A program made the translations under genes and the position numbers. Shown here one piece after another: positions 49,321-63,064 of a stretch of 64,000 bases of DNA. The stretch comes from Octopus bimaculoides. Its lineage: Eukaryota. Position 1 is the stretch's first letter; the number at the start of each line of letters is the position of its first letter. The notes below the pieces were generated by a model. It was not told the DNA's origin, did no database searches, and saw nothing but the letters and a program-made list of their open reading frames with translations. Location: NCBI RefSeq assembly GCF_001194135.2, contig NC_068989.1:95992042-96056041 (forward strand), written 5' to 3'.

Positions 49321-51135
49321 ACATGCCAACTCATACACACACACACACACACACAGACCTCTATATGTGTATATGTGAGAGTAAAAGGCTGTGATTTGGC
49401 AGATTGGTTAGAGTACCAGATTGAATGTATTGTATTCTCTGTGCCCTGAGTTCAAACCCTACCATGGTCAATTTTGCCTTTCATCTTTTCAGGTTCAGTA
49501 AATAAACTGTCCAGTGAAAGGGCACACTTCTCTTCTTCCAGTTGTTGTTATTTCTGGATGTTCCCTTCGGAAGGCCTGGCAGTGTGCCTCTGTCTGCTCA
49601 GAACTACACGGGTTACCTAAAAGAATGACCAAACACAAAGAACAAACTCTCAACTCATTGTGACTGGTGTTTGTGGTTGTTTCTAGTCTCAGTTCATTTT
49701 TTGTCCATTTTTTTGTTTTCAATGTAGATTAGAGGAAGATATATGCCTGTTGCTAGCTCTTACCTGTCTTTTTAAGTATGCTGCTTTTTGGCATTAGGAA
49801 GGGCATCCAACCATAGAAACCATGATAGATCAGACTGGAACTCAATGCAGTTCTCTAGCTTGCCAGTTCCAATCAAACTGTCTAACCCATGCCAGCAAGG
49901 AAAGCAGGTGCTAAATGATGAGGATGAGATCATCTTGATTGCTCCTTGACTTAGTTAGAGAGACTTTTTCCCTTTTCTTTGTTCTTTTCCTGTCTTGCAA
50001 GTTTCTTTGCGACCCCACCAGTGCTGCTGGTTGCACCAAAAAGTCACTCAGTCCATGCAGTAAAGTGGTTGATGTTAGGAAGTGCATTGAGCCATTGAAA
50101 CCATGTCAAAACTGATATCAGGCATGATACAGTCCTGTGGCTCACCAGATTCTATCTAAATATCCAACCCATGGATATCACTGATGTTGATGATGATGAT
50201 GATAACCAATCTCTAATTGCCAGATTTCAATAACATATAAAGTCTTCAAAATTACAAGGCTAGCAGATAATTTCTTTATGAGAGAAAAGATATTTGTAGC
50301 TCAGCAATATTTTGTAGAAGAGTGTCATTTTGCAGTGATTTGTGGTGATTTATTATCCTATAAAATATAAATCATATCTCATTCATCTTGTTTTTTGTTT
50401 ATTTTTCTGAAAATTGAAGAATAAACAATAATTCATTAGAAATGCAAGATCCCTAGATTTAAGGTGAATTTTGCCCCCAGGCTTTGGTAAAGCCAATAAC
50501 TCTTCTGTTTTGTTGATGGAGAGAGAAATTCAACATCAGTTTATCTATATATTTGCTAATTTGCCATACTGTGTGAGGGCGGAGCAAATGTGAAGGGATG
50601 GGTGTGTGTGTGTGTGTGTCTTCATTTTATGTTTATCAATAAGAAAATTTTGATATATAATTTAGAAGTTAAATGTTACAATTTAAAAATTTGTACAAAT
50701 GATCCTTCAAGAATTCTAGAATAAACACCCAAGTAATATTAGCATGTAATTTTGGATTTTTGTCTGCAACATCAATGGAGATTAGATGTATTCACAAAAA
50801 AAAAAGAAGGTAAAAGAAGAAATTTTTATGAAGCTGTTAGAGTTGATTTAAATGATAAAAGAATGACATAGTAACGAGAAAATCTAACTCTAGAAAGAAG
50901 AATGGCAAAAGAAAATTTGAATGTAGTGCAGAGAAGCAATCATGTTCATTCTAATCAGAAGAGCAAAAAACATAAATTGCAAATAATAATCTGGAAGATG
51001 AAAAAAAAAACAATAAAAATAAAAATAAAAGTTTGAATGAAGGAAAAAAAAAAAAGGAAAATGAGGAAAAAATTATCAAGATACATTATCTTTTGTTCTA
51101 AGAGAATATAATAGAAAGTTTTGTGAGTACAGTAT

Positions 51136-51174
<39 letters not shown>

Positions 51175-52189
51175 NNNNNNNNNNNNNNNNNNNNNNNNNN
51201 NNNNNNNNNNNNNNNNNNNNNNNNNNNNNNNNNNNNNNNNNNNNNNNNNNNNNNNNNNNNNNNNNNNNNNNNNNNNNNNNNNNNNNNNNNNNNNNNNNNN
51301 NNNNNNNNNNNNNNNNNNNNNNNNNNNNNNNNNNNNNNNNNNNNNNNNNNNNNNNNNNNNNNNNNNNNNNNNNNNNNNNNNNNNNNNNNNNNNNNNNNNN
51401 NNNNNNNNNNNNNNNNNNNNNNNNNNNNNNNNNNNNNNNNNNNNNNNNNNNNNNNNNNNNNNNNNNNNNNNNNNNNNNNNNNNNNNNNNNNNNNNNNNNN
51501 NNNNNNNNNNNNNNNNNNNNNNNNNNNATATATATATATATATATATTTATTTATTTATTTATGTGTTTCAGCCAAGTGGCTGCGGTCATATAAATAAAT
51601 GTGTGTGTATATATATATTCAAACACATGCATATCATCATCATCACCATTTAACTAATGTTGATGATACAAAGCTCTAGAATCAATTTATGTGCATATGT
51701 ATATATACAAATGTATAAAAATATATATACATGTATAAATCTAAATATATAAAAATATACGTGTATGCAAATGTGTGTGTGTGTGTGTGTGTGTTTAGCC
51801 TTTTGTATCTCTCACTTCACATGAATACGCTGTAGAAAGCATCTCTTAGAAACATAAAGTGCTAAAAGACCTCAAAAGTCTGTCAGAAGCAAACAAAAAG
51901 CATCCATCAGTGGCCAGTGGAATTGGTAAATCCAAATTTCTGCTTCTCTGAGCATCATCAGTAGCAGCTACATGCTTAGGTAAACTTAGCCTTTACTGAT
52001 ATTGAAAAACAGTGATTGACAAACCTCTGGTGTCAGAAATAGCCAACAGGATTGGTAAGGATTTGTTTTTAGTGATGGAAGCAGTTTTTGTTCAAAATAA
52101 GTCTGTGTATGATTCTTAATTTGGAGGAAATGGATAGAAAATGCTAGAATCAGTGTACTTGCTAAGAAAATCCTGCATTTACTTGCTGC

Positions 52190-52226
<37 letters not shown>

Positions 52227-53054
52227 TCTTTCACTCTTGTCCACTCTCTCTTCCTACTTTCTTTCTCCTTCTCTCTCTTTCTCTAATGCCGTATAATTTG
52301 ATCCGATTACTCCCATGTTAGAAAGCTGTGACCATTTATATTCAACATGTTTGTGCCCAATGAAAAGTGGGAAGACCAGTGTGGAAACTGCGTTGGCAGA
52401 GAAATTCTCCTTGTGTAGGTTGTGTGTGTGAAAACACAATGAGTGAGAGACACTAAACCCGTTATTCATAACTCATCGAGAACCGTCATCCTTACATTAG
52501 AACAGCAAATAGAAAACTTGCTGATTTGCTGTGCCTCTAATTAATTAATACCAGTAATATATTTGTATCCATTCTGTTGACTAGGCTTCTTCTCCACATC
52601 AAGATGGTTTGATACAGTGTTTGCTGATGAAGTTCTTGCTAAAACATGGCACATGGCTTTCATTCCCTATTAAAGAGAGATGCCTTGGATTTCCAGCAAG
52701 ACTGGTACTCTCTCATTGTGGCAGAAGATTGGTTTGGAACTCAAACAACTGAGGCAACGGGTATGGAAATTGAAATGAACTCAAAATGGTTGCAAATGGA
52801 CGTCTTCTGTTAGCAAAGGTTACCTCAGTTCTCAGTTCACCTCACAAGTGAGTGCAACATTCTAGTGGCCCTCAAATTTCCACACATGATAGAGAAGGCT
52901 TATCCAAAGTTGTGATGATTTAAGTTACCAATAGAGGAAGGGCTTGAAATATCTCAAAGTAACTCCTGCAGTCTCTGATGTTTATATAAACTATTAGCTT
53001 CTCTAATGCCTCAGTTATCAATATATATATAATGACGATGATATATATATATAT

Positions 53055-53434
53055 AGCTGTGTGGTAAGTAGCTTGCTTACCAACCACATGGTTCCGGGTT
53101 CAGTCCCACTGCATGACACCTTGGACAAGTGTCTTCTACTATAGCCTCAGGCCGACCAAAGCCTTGTGAGTAGATTTGGTAGACAGAAACTGAAAGAAGC
53201 CCGTCGTATATATGTATATGTATGTACATGTGTGTTTGTGTGTCTGTGTTTGTCCTCCCAACATCGCTTGACAACCGATGCTGGTGTGTTTATGTCTCCG
53301 TAACTTGGTGGTTCGGCAAAAGAGACCGATAGAATAAGTACCAGGCTTACAAAGAATAAGTCCTGGGGGCAAATTCCTCGATAAAGGTGGTGCTCCAGCA
53401 TGACCGCAGTCAAGTGACTGAAACACGTAAAAGA

Positions 53435-53437
<3 letters not shown>
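53055..53437 (+). mobile_element. SINE family A, best-preserved copy
   Basis: agctgtgtggtaagtagcttgcttaccaaccacatggttccgggttcagtcccactgcatgacaccttggacaagtgtcttct...tail 1; flanked by (TA)n on both sides. Confidence 0.92.
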
Positions 53438-53504
<67 letters not shown>

Positions 53505-53669
53505 GTTGGTCAACATAATGGAAACACCTAGCATCAGGACATCATAATTTTGAAATATCTATAAAACTGTCAAAAGCTTGTTTATTTTTGTATCTTCTAT
53601 ATCGTCCAGGCTGACCACTTCCCTCAAGTGAATTTGGTTGATAGAAACAGTGCAGAAACCTGTCATGTA

Positions 53670-54085
53670 TATTATCCTTCTCCTCATCATCATTTAATGC
53701 TTGCATAGATCAGATGAAATTTGTTGCGATGTATTTTCTATAGCTGGATCCTCTTCCAGTTTCTAACCTTCCTCTGTTTCCTAGCAAGGTAATATTTCCC
53801 TATGGCTAGAAATGATTTTCATGGAAGACTGGAAACAAGCCACACTGCTTGCATGACATTCTATGGCGTCAAGACTAAGGTACACACAGACATTTACAGA
53901 CACATACATTCATGTATATCCTCATACATGCACACATACACACACGCACACACAACATTGTTTCTTTCTGTTTTTGTCTACCAAATCCAATCACAAGGCT
54001 TTGGCCTGAGGTTATAATTGAAGACACTTGTCCTTGTGCCAAACTGTGGGTCTGAACTCAAGACCACATGGTTGAGAAGCAAGCC
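53670..54085 (-). mobile_element. SINE family A head + CA spacer + tail 2 (Nin-like domain, (GAT)n end)
   Basis: Contiguous head (53960-54085), spacer and tail 2. Tail-2 copies also at ~9300-9520 (-), ~29690-29910 (+), ~37060-37310 (-), ~39190-39415 (+), ~56470-56700 (+). Confidence 0.7.
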
Positions 54086-56264
54086 CCTTAACCACACAAT
54101 GGTGCTGGGGCCTTTGTGTTTGTCTCTCAGCAATTGACAGCTGGCACTGGTTTGTTTACGTCCCCATGATTGAGTGGTACACCTAGAAAGAGACTAATAC
54201 AGGAAGTGCTAGGCTTAAACCCCAAATACTGGAGTCAGCCTGACCGACTAAACCCAAAGCATGCTCCAGCATGAGCAAAGTCCTGTAACCAAAGCAAGTT
54301 TAAAAAAAGAAAAATGAGTATGCATAATTTATTCAAATGCCAATGATGTTGCAGCAATAGCCAGATATTAGAATTGTTTGCCTGCAGTCATGTTATGATT
54401 GCAACATAAAGAATCCTTAGAACTCATCCAAGCTTTAAATGTTATTGTTTCCTTCCCATAAGAGCAAATTATTTCAAACATGAAGAATTATTAACAATAG
54501 GCATCATAGAGTTAAAATAAATAATACATATCACTTTCTAAGTGAATGGTGTGTATCGTTAATGTAGTGAGCGATGGAGAGACTTTGGAAAGTAAAATAT
54601 TTAAAAATTATCAAAGATTATTTAATTACAATAAAGATAGAAATATTTACTCCATGGAATAATGTTAGAATAAATAAAATCAATTGTCTGGTTTTTCCAG
54701 ATCAGATCTAACCATCAACTGGGATAATTTTATTGACATTTTTAGTTGGGGAATTAGGAAATGAATGCAGTTGTGACATTCATGCCTTTTTCATGAGTTA
54801 ATGAGCTGAAAATAACTACAACTTACAGTTATAAATAGACACCAGACCTTAGTTCAGCAAGTGATTGCTGTTTGATCCAAAGATTGTCTTGGAACTCCAG
54901 AATATTCCACCCGAAGTGTTAGGTTTTTTCTTTTCTCTCTTAGCAAAATAATTTATTTCATTTTAAGGAGTTTTGTATTTACTTATGGCACACACAGAGC
55001 CTTATTTATCGTCTTGGATTCAATCAGTAAATTACATGTGTATCATGTGTTTTCTTCTTTTTTTTTTTAATGCTATTCTGCACAACATGATATGTCTATA
55101 AGTTTGGTATTAGGAAGTGCATGATCAGTAGAAACGATGCCAAAGCAGAGAGTGGGACTTGGCTGTCCTCTGAATCACTGGCTTCTCTTGAACAATCAAA
55201 CCCATGTAAAACAGACGTGAAATGATGATGGTGATGATGATGTCTACCCCAACACTGTGTAATTGACAAACAAACACTTTGTCTTTATATGCAATACCTT
55301 TGCAAACAGATAAAGAGAAATGATCAACTGAACTGGTTTCCGTCCTATGCTGGGATATCACCAGTTGCAAAACGCTTTCATTATCTGTCATCAGCATATT
55401 GCTTATAAACCCACTATTACGAAAGGCTTATACAAATCAAAGAGACCAATTTGCTTATTATAATGCATTCTTGATAGTTCGTTTGACTAATGAATTGGAT
55501 GATTTTCATGTCGATTTGACAGGTGTGTGTTCAGCAAAACACAGGGATTTAGTTTGCTGAACAACCCTCACAATGAGTAATTATTGTGTTGTGGGTATAA
55601 TTTTTGCCAATCCAGTCCCACTCTCATGTCCTTCCAACTTGTATTGTTTGGTGCAACAGGTACCATGGGTCCAGCAGTTATCAGGGGGCAGGCTTTGTAT
55701 GGAGTCACCTTTTCCTGGATGTGCAACACTGAGTTGATGGGGTTGTCTTCTGGAATAACCTTCTTCTGGATGCATTTCTGTGATATGTTTATTAACCTAT
55801 GACTGGGATCCCGACAGGAGTTGCTACTCTAGGTCAGAGTAGATGTGGGAGCAATAGTAGGGAAGAGTTTGGTTCCTCAAGACCTTCAAACTTTCAAACA
55901 GGGCCCCACTATTGGATTAAGTCTAAACCCCATATTCAAGAATTAAAATAATTATGTGTTAACAGTATTTCATTTTAATGTTCTTCTAATCTACAGAATA
56001 TAACCATAGGTTTTAACTAATAGGGTAAGATGTAAATACCTTGTTTTACTGCACAGGATCAGAACAAAAACAGAGATCAGCTTCACTAGTTTCAATATTA
56101 TATTGATGCTGGCATAGCTGTAGAGTTTAAAAGTTTGCTTCCCAGTTATGTGGTTTCATGTTCAGTCCTACTATGTGGTGCCTTTAGCAAGGACTCTCTA
56201 CTATAGGCCCAGATTGACCGAAGCCTTGTGAGTGGATTTGATTGATGGAAACTGAAAGGAGCCT

Positions 56265-56310
<46 letters not shown>

Positions 56311-56419
56311 TACAATATGTGCAGGTTTAGTTCACAGGTGATCTAAACAATTAGGTATGCTAGGTGGGTGCTGTAATGGATTACTAGTGCTCCAAGGTTA
56401 TGGGTGAGCACTCTCTCTC

Positions 56420-56464
<45 letters not shown>

Positions 56465-57901
56465 GTTACGTATATTTGTCTTGCCATGACATCAAGAGTT
56501 TGTTATAAATGAACATCCCTAAACAAAGTCCTTCATTTTCTTAGTCTTCTGTGGAAACATGTCTAGCCTTGAGGAAATACTATTTTGCTTGGAACTTGAG
56601 GGGAATTTGTAACACAAAGGACATCCAGCCTTAGAAAACCTGCTTCAACAAACCCTGTCTGACTCATACTTGCAGAAGCCAGGGAATAAACATTAAGACA
56701 ACAGCAACAATAATAACGTTATGTCATACCATTGTTTCACTTGAGTATTCTTTCAGTAAAACTTAGTCCATTAAGTTATATACTTAAAAGTCTTTTTGTT
56801 GTATTTTTAGTCATTTCACGTTTGGTTTGCCATGTTACCTTCAGTAAGTCGGTGCTGCCAAATGAAGGGTTTGTTTCCTTAAATTCTTCAAACAGGATCT
56901 TTCCATGCTTATATCTCTATCAGACATGATTTCTGACCAAATAGCTTTGTTCCTTCAGTTACATCAGCTTGGTTTATAGCATCTTGATAATAATATCAGT
57001 ATTATTATATCCATGTATTTGTAGCCACTATACAATTGACTGTCACTGAAAATATAATTCATTATGAAGGTAATTAAATTTATTTATAACTGTACTAGTA
57101 AATGAAAAATGTAGCATTCTTGATCTCTTCTGCTGATGAGGTTCAGTCTTTTCCCTAAATTCATTGTGGTGTGTCCAGAGGCAGTTTTACATATTATATT
57201 TATCCAGACTGCAGAACTTTCAAATGTAAACTCACAGCTTTGGCATTTAAACTATGTCAATGTGGTGGAGTATATATAAAAAAATGGTACTTTTCTTCTC
57301 TAATTGTTAAAAAAAAAAATATTCATTTTAATCATTGCTTTAATTAACCTTTAATCATTTCACAAATTACAATTCTTTTCTTTAGTGGGTATGTATGTCA
57401 GTTTCCTAATGTTAGATCTACTTGCAAAAATTTTGCTTCCCAACAATGAGATTTGGGGTTCATTCCCACTGCACAATACCTTGGGCAGATGTCTCCTACT
57501 AAAGCATCAGGCCAACCAACACCATGTGAGTGGCATTTGGTCACTCTCATGTAAAGACTGTTGCTACTAATGTGTTAATAATCCACTGAATGATCACTCT
57601 ACACCTCACCCTACATGTGTCGCCGCCAATGAAACGGACTGATTTCTCTGCATACAGAATACCTCAGTATGCCATCAAAATAGGCACAGCTTGTTGCCAA
57701 CATCTTGTCCAAGCACATGGGTCTTAGAAGAAAGAGCTGGTGTTGCTTCCACAGCATTAACAGCAGATGACCTGATGTGAGTAACAGAGGCCTGACATCA
57801 ACCAGTCATTTTGAATTTGTCTCACTTCCCTTGTTGGGTCAAACCTAGGCAGCCACAAAATCTGTAAGTCACATAATACAGAGTCAGACTGTTATTGTCA
57901 A

Positions 57902-57952
<51 letters not shown>

Positions 57953-58144
57953 GTATATAGGCACATGCATGAGTGTGTGGATAGGTGCAGGCATGGCTGT
58001 GACGTATGAAACTTGCTTCCCAATCTCATGGTTCCAGGTTCAGCCCCACTGCATGACACCTTGGGCAAGTGTCTTCTACTACAGTCTCAGGCTAACCATA
58101 ACCTCATGAATGGATTTAATTGATAGAAACTGAAAGAAGCCCAT

Positions 58145-58190
<46 letters not shown>

Positions 58191-58679
58191 TGTTCCCCAC
58201 CAATACTTAACAACCGGTATTGGTGTGTTTCCATTTCCAGAACTTAGTGGTTTGACAAAAGAAACTGATAGAGACCAATAGAATAAGTATCAAGCTTAAA
58301 AAATAATAAGTAGTGTGCCTGCAGAGTTTAAAAGATATCTCTGTGTCTATGTGTGTTTGTGTGTATATAGGCATGTATGTACATATGTGTATATCTATCT
58401 ATCTATTTATCATCATCATCATCATCATCATTTAACATCTGTTGTCCATGCTGGCATAGGCTGGACAGTTTGACCAGAGCTGGGAAGCTGCATCAGACTC
58501 CAGTCTGATTTAGCATGGTTTCTATGGCTGGATGCCCTTCCTAACCACTTTACAGTGCTGGGTGTGTTTTTACTCGGCACTGCATGGAAGATTTTCAGTG
58601 GTGTCACACAGGTTCTTTTACATGGCACCACATGGGCGCTTTTATGTAGCACCACACAGGCACTTCTATGTGACACTGC

Positions 58680-59290
58680 ATGGCGACTCCCCCTCTCATT
58701 CTTCGCCTCTACCTGTCACTACTTCTCTCTCTCTCTCTATCTCTTGTTACTCATCCTTCGCCTCTCACCGTTGCTACTACTATCTCTCTCTCTCAACTAC
58801 CTCTCGTTGCTCACTTTTATTCTACTTCCTCCCCTCCTTTTCCCTCTGCTACTCTTTCTCTTCACACAGCCTTGGTCACGTGTGTCCGGCTGCTATTTCT
58901 TTTCGTTCTTGGAATCACCAAGCTCGCACATACTTCTTTGCCCCTCTTGTACGTGCTTCACAGCGTTCAAGACATACACACTTCACGTCTGGCTGTACAG
59001 CCCTTTGTTTGTTTATTTCACCGTTTCGTTTTCCTGTCTTGTTTTCCGTCCGCCACGACCCTCCACGAAAACAATTTAATTTGTGTTCGTGAGAAGAACC
59101 ATTTTAACGATGCGTACTGCCTTAATTCTTCGAAACGCCGGAGTTTTAATGGTGGCAGCTGATGAAGGGGATGTTTCGATGTGGCCTGCTTGTTTGTTGC
59201 ACCTTGTTTACCATTTTGTCCTTGTTCTTTTGCCACGTCATGTACCCAGTTATGTATCTAAATGTACATGTAGATGAACGTATATACATA
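58680..59290 (+). mobile_element. Unclassified young CpG-rich repeat (family E), possibly Penelope pLTR-derived
   Basis: Pyrimidine-rich lead-in, ttcttcgaaacgcc and gcagctgatgaagggg half-motifs, tail running into (TA)n; many intact CpGs. Confidence 0.4.
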
Positions 59291-59322
59291 CATGTACATA
59301 TATATGCATATACTCATATATT

Positions 59323-59359
<37 letters not shown>

Positions 59360-60028
59360 ACAGGTCACTTTGAGTTTNNNNNNNNNNNNNNNNNNNNNNN
59401 NNNNNNNNNNNNNNNNNNNNNNNNNNNNNNNNNNNNNNNNNNNNNNNNNNNNNNNNNNNNNNNNNNNNNNNNNNNNNNNNNNNNNNNNNNNNNNNNNNNN
59501 NNNNNNNNNNNNNNNNNNNNNNNNNNNNNNNNNNNNNNNNNNNNNNNNNNNNNNNNNNNNNNNNNNNNNNNNNNNNNNNNNNNNNNNNNNNNNNNNNNNN
59601 NNNNNNNNNNNNNNNNNNNNNNNNNNNNNNNNNNNNNNNNNNNNNNNNNNNNNNNNNNNNNNNNNNNNNNNNNNNNNNNNNNNACACTTCACGTCTGGCT
59701 GTACAGCCCTTTGTTTGTTTATTTCACCGTTTCGTTTTCCTGTCTTGTTTTCCGTCCGCCACGACCCTCCACGAAAACAATTTAATTTGTGTTCGTGAGA
59801 AGAACCATTTTAACGATGCGTACTGCCTTAATTCTTCGAAACGCCGGAGTTTTAATGGTGGCAGCTGATGAAGGGGATGTTTCGATGTGGCCTGCTTGTT
59901 TGTTGCACCTTGTTTACCATTTTGTCCTTGTTCTTTTGCCACGTCATGTACCCAGTTATGTATCTAAATGTACATGTAGATGAACGTATATACATACATG
60001 TACATATATATGCATATACTCATATATT

Positions 60029-60065
<37 letters not shown>

Positions 60066-60083
60066 ACAGGTCACTTTGAGTTT
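58978..60083. other. Probable assembly artefact: 400-bp identical duplication flanking an N gap
   Basis: 58978-59377 equals 59684-60083 (offset 706, identical ORF translations); the first copy ends and the second begins at the gap edges. Confidence 0.85.
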
Positions 60084-61214
60084 CTGTCCATCAAATCAAC
60101 TCACAAATCTTTTGTTAACCTAGGACTATAGTAGAAGGCACTACCCGAGGTGTAACAGTGTTTTTGAACCCAACACCACATGGTTAGTAAGCAAGCTTCT
60201 TAGCCACACTGCCACATTTGTACCTATTATATATATATGTGTGTATGTGTGTTCAACAGGTGTTTTCCAGTTTGTCTTCCAAACCCATTCACAAGGCTTT
60301 AGGAGAAACTTGTCCAAGGTGTCATACACTAGGACCAAATCTGAAACTATATCGGTGTGAAATGAACTTCTTAACCACACGGTCATGCTTGTACCTTTCT
60401 TGGAAATAATTGTTCGATGTTTGATCATTGACTTTGAACTCTGCTATTTGCCAAGAAGTTAATGTTTCATCCTTCAACAAGTTGAATCTGTTTCTGAGTT
60501 GTTCAAGTAAAACAGTTTTGTTATGTATATGTTCATAGCCAAAGCCTTTTTAAACATTAATTTTGCCTGCAGATAAAATGCTTTTCTGATCACATTGCTA
60601 GCAGACCATGAACATCAATCTCTTGTGATGATGCAATTTCATACAAGCTTTCTTATTCTGTGTTTAACAGTTGAGTAGTTATCATAATAGACTCGATATT
60701 TGCCTTTCAGCTATCTATAGATGTGTGTCCTAATGAGCCACATCATTTTGCTCGGCTTTCTTAAAAGATATCACCCATATTGTCGATCATTTCCTTTTAT
60801 CTGCTTCTATAGTTTCTCTACACTTAAGGTGGAAAGTTCTATTATCGACTTGTGTTACTTTTATTTAGTTTTAACAGCCAAGATATTGTTGTATAGCAAC
60901 AGGGAAAGAACTTCCATGCAAAAAGGTTTGCAGCCAACTGAATATTACATTTGCTCTCAATTCCATGACTGGGCTTTTGTAAAGAAGCAGGCATTTGAGT
61001 TTTGACTTTAACAGATTTTAGCCAGAGGTTGCTGTCAGGCTGGAGCACTATCTGTAGAGTAATTGATTTTTATTTCACATTCACTTCCCAGCTTTCTCTC
61101 TCTCGAACTGTTTCTTAGGAAGTAACAAGCTGGAGAGAGCTGCTCTTCGTTGTATTTCCTGCCAAGTAAAGCTTAATCCAAAAATGTATCCAAATATTCT
61201 TTGAAAACATCTTT

Positions 61215-61905
61215 ATCTACACCTCGCAGATCTCTCAGGCTGTTTGACAAAATATTGAAAACTTGTTGGGCCTTAAAGCTGGTCCTTGCTCTAGATGGAG
61301 GTGATGGCATTTTTGGTATTATGCTGTGGCATCCAGTTCAGTGATTGGTGTAGCTTTCAATCCGAAAGTTGGCTGCTAGACCTTCCAGGATCTTCCACTT
61401 GTGTATCACTGTATATAGTTCACACCTTCTCTCTAGGGAGTAGAGCTTCAGTTCCTTTAGCCTTTCCTCATAACTCATCTGTTGTACAAGTCAATCTGTT
61501 TTGCATTGATGATCCTGTTTATTTCACTATTGTGGGCCAATACTAGAGTGCTCATAATTTTTTCAGCATTGAAATGTATGTTATTTCCATCAGCCCTCTT
61601 GTACATTCACTTGTAGATCACATCATGTCATCAGGTTCCTTGACTACTTGCAATACTTTCGTGTCATCATCATAGCTGGTGAGACTGGCTGACTGAGAGA
61701 ACTGCCACAAACAGTAGTAGTCTCAGTACAGTTCCCTGAGGGACTCCGCAGAGATTTAATATCTCTCCAGAGAGAGAGAGAGAGAGCACCATTGGCTGCA
61801 TCTGTTTGACATCTTTTGAAAAGTCATTCCCTTAGTTTATCAACAATACCAAGACCATGCAGCAGTTGAAGGGTTTGGTATAGTTGAGACATACCACATT
61901 GATGC
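61215..61905 (-). mobile_element. CR1/L2-like LINE RT remnant
   Basis: Minus strand: CGVPQGTVL, LTSYDDDTKVL (YADD), RLKELKLYSLERRCELYTVIHKWKILEGL. Confidence 0.85.
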
Positions 61906-62151
61906 AAGGCCTCCAAATAGGAAGACATACTTGACTAATATTTTATAAACACCAGATATATAATAAAAGGTGAAGTTTATTGGTCAGATATGAACACAGA
62001 ACATAAAGATCTGTAACTAAATGGCATGAGGTATTTTGTCTGACAGCAATAATTTTGCTAATCCACTTAAACATGAGGTAAAGCTAATTCCTAATAAGTA
62101 TAACAAACTGTAATTCCTCAAAGAAATTGTGTATCTGCTTATACTTCTCAG

Positions 62152-62235
62152 CTGTTTCTAAAATACTTCTGTCCGTATCAAATGCTAGAATGAAATTGCT
62201 TGATTACCATTTACATAGAAGAAATCATTATCAGT
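62152..62235 (+). CDS. Candidate internal exon A (unidentified gene)
   Basis: atacttctcag acceptor, gtaaga donor, 84 nt, phase 1-1, reads VSKILLSVSNARMKLLDYHLHRRNHYQ; no homology recognised. Confidence 0.25.
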
Positions 62236-62599
62236 GTAAGAAATCATTTATTATTACTGACATGAGCAAAGCATATTCACTGGAATTTAGTTTGGTACAG
62301 CCTTAAAGACAAATAACAGAGATAAGGGAGAAAAAACAAAATTGAAATGGAAGGAATGATTTCAAATATAATGCAAATGTAGTTCTTGATTTTGGTGACC
62401 TTTTGATTGTTCTGATAATAGAATGTATAAAATAGTAGATGCATCAACATCTTAGGAATACAGTTGGCAAGAAAGCACCATTATTGCCAGTGAAGCATAA
62501 GGATTGGTTGGCTATTCAGATCTTCATACAAAGGTTGTTGTTTTTTTAAATTTTATTTTTGTATATGTTTTATTTCCTTATTTTTACATTCATATCCAG

Positions 62600-62722
62600 T
62601 AGAGGAAGCACAGTGCCAATGTACTGGTGTGGAAGAAGAAGAAAGATATTTTCTGACATACTTGAGTCCTTTCCCTAAATATTTGCCACAAAATGGACTG
62701 TTTAAAGGCATCTACAGATCAG
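62600..62722 (+). CDS. Candidate exon B (unidentified gene)
   Basis: Long T-rich tract plus ccag acceptor; reads EEAQCQCTGVEEEERYFLTYLSPFPKYLPQNGLFKGIYRS. Weak donor (AG/gttgtg); otherwise the frame stays open to TAG at 62797-62799. Confidence 0.28.
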
Positions 62723-63064
62723 GTTGTGGTGTTAAATCAGATAATGCATTAAGTCTACAACTGAAGAACAGAAATAATTCTTCCAACAATCTTCCATAGA
62801 GTTTCCATTTTCTAAATTTCCCTTACTTTGGTTGATCTGATGCCATGATAGAAGACGTTTGCCCAATGTGACATAGAATGGGCTTGAATCTGATACTAAA
62901 CAGTTGCAAAGCGAAACCCTTAATCATATGACCGTGCTTGCACCCAAATTGTTAAATACAAGCATTTTGACATTACAGAATCATTACATTCCTGAAAATC
63001 TTACCATTTTATGGCATTCCATAATAAAAAAAATTAATTTCTCATTGATTTCCATTTTACATAG

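Noticed and set aside
55560-55860. Possible RTE-like remnant on the minus strand (QTIQVGRT)
   Set aside because: Only one short motif amid stops; too weak to call.
56839-56916. Minus-strand 26-codon segment RYKHGKILFEEFKETNPSFGSTDLLK with gtaaca donor
   Set aside because: The acceptor lacks a pyrimidine tract, no neighbouring compatible exon was found, and I recognise no homology.
58978-60083. Apparent 400-bp tandem duplication
   Set aside because: The copies are identical and abut an N gap on both sides; best explained as an unmerged contig overlap.
371-60131. Many ORF-track entries rich in VC, IY, LS, HT, ER, poly-N, poly-I or X
   Set aside because: They are translations of microsatellites, SINEs or N gaps.
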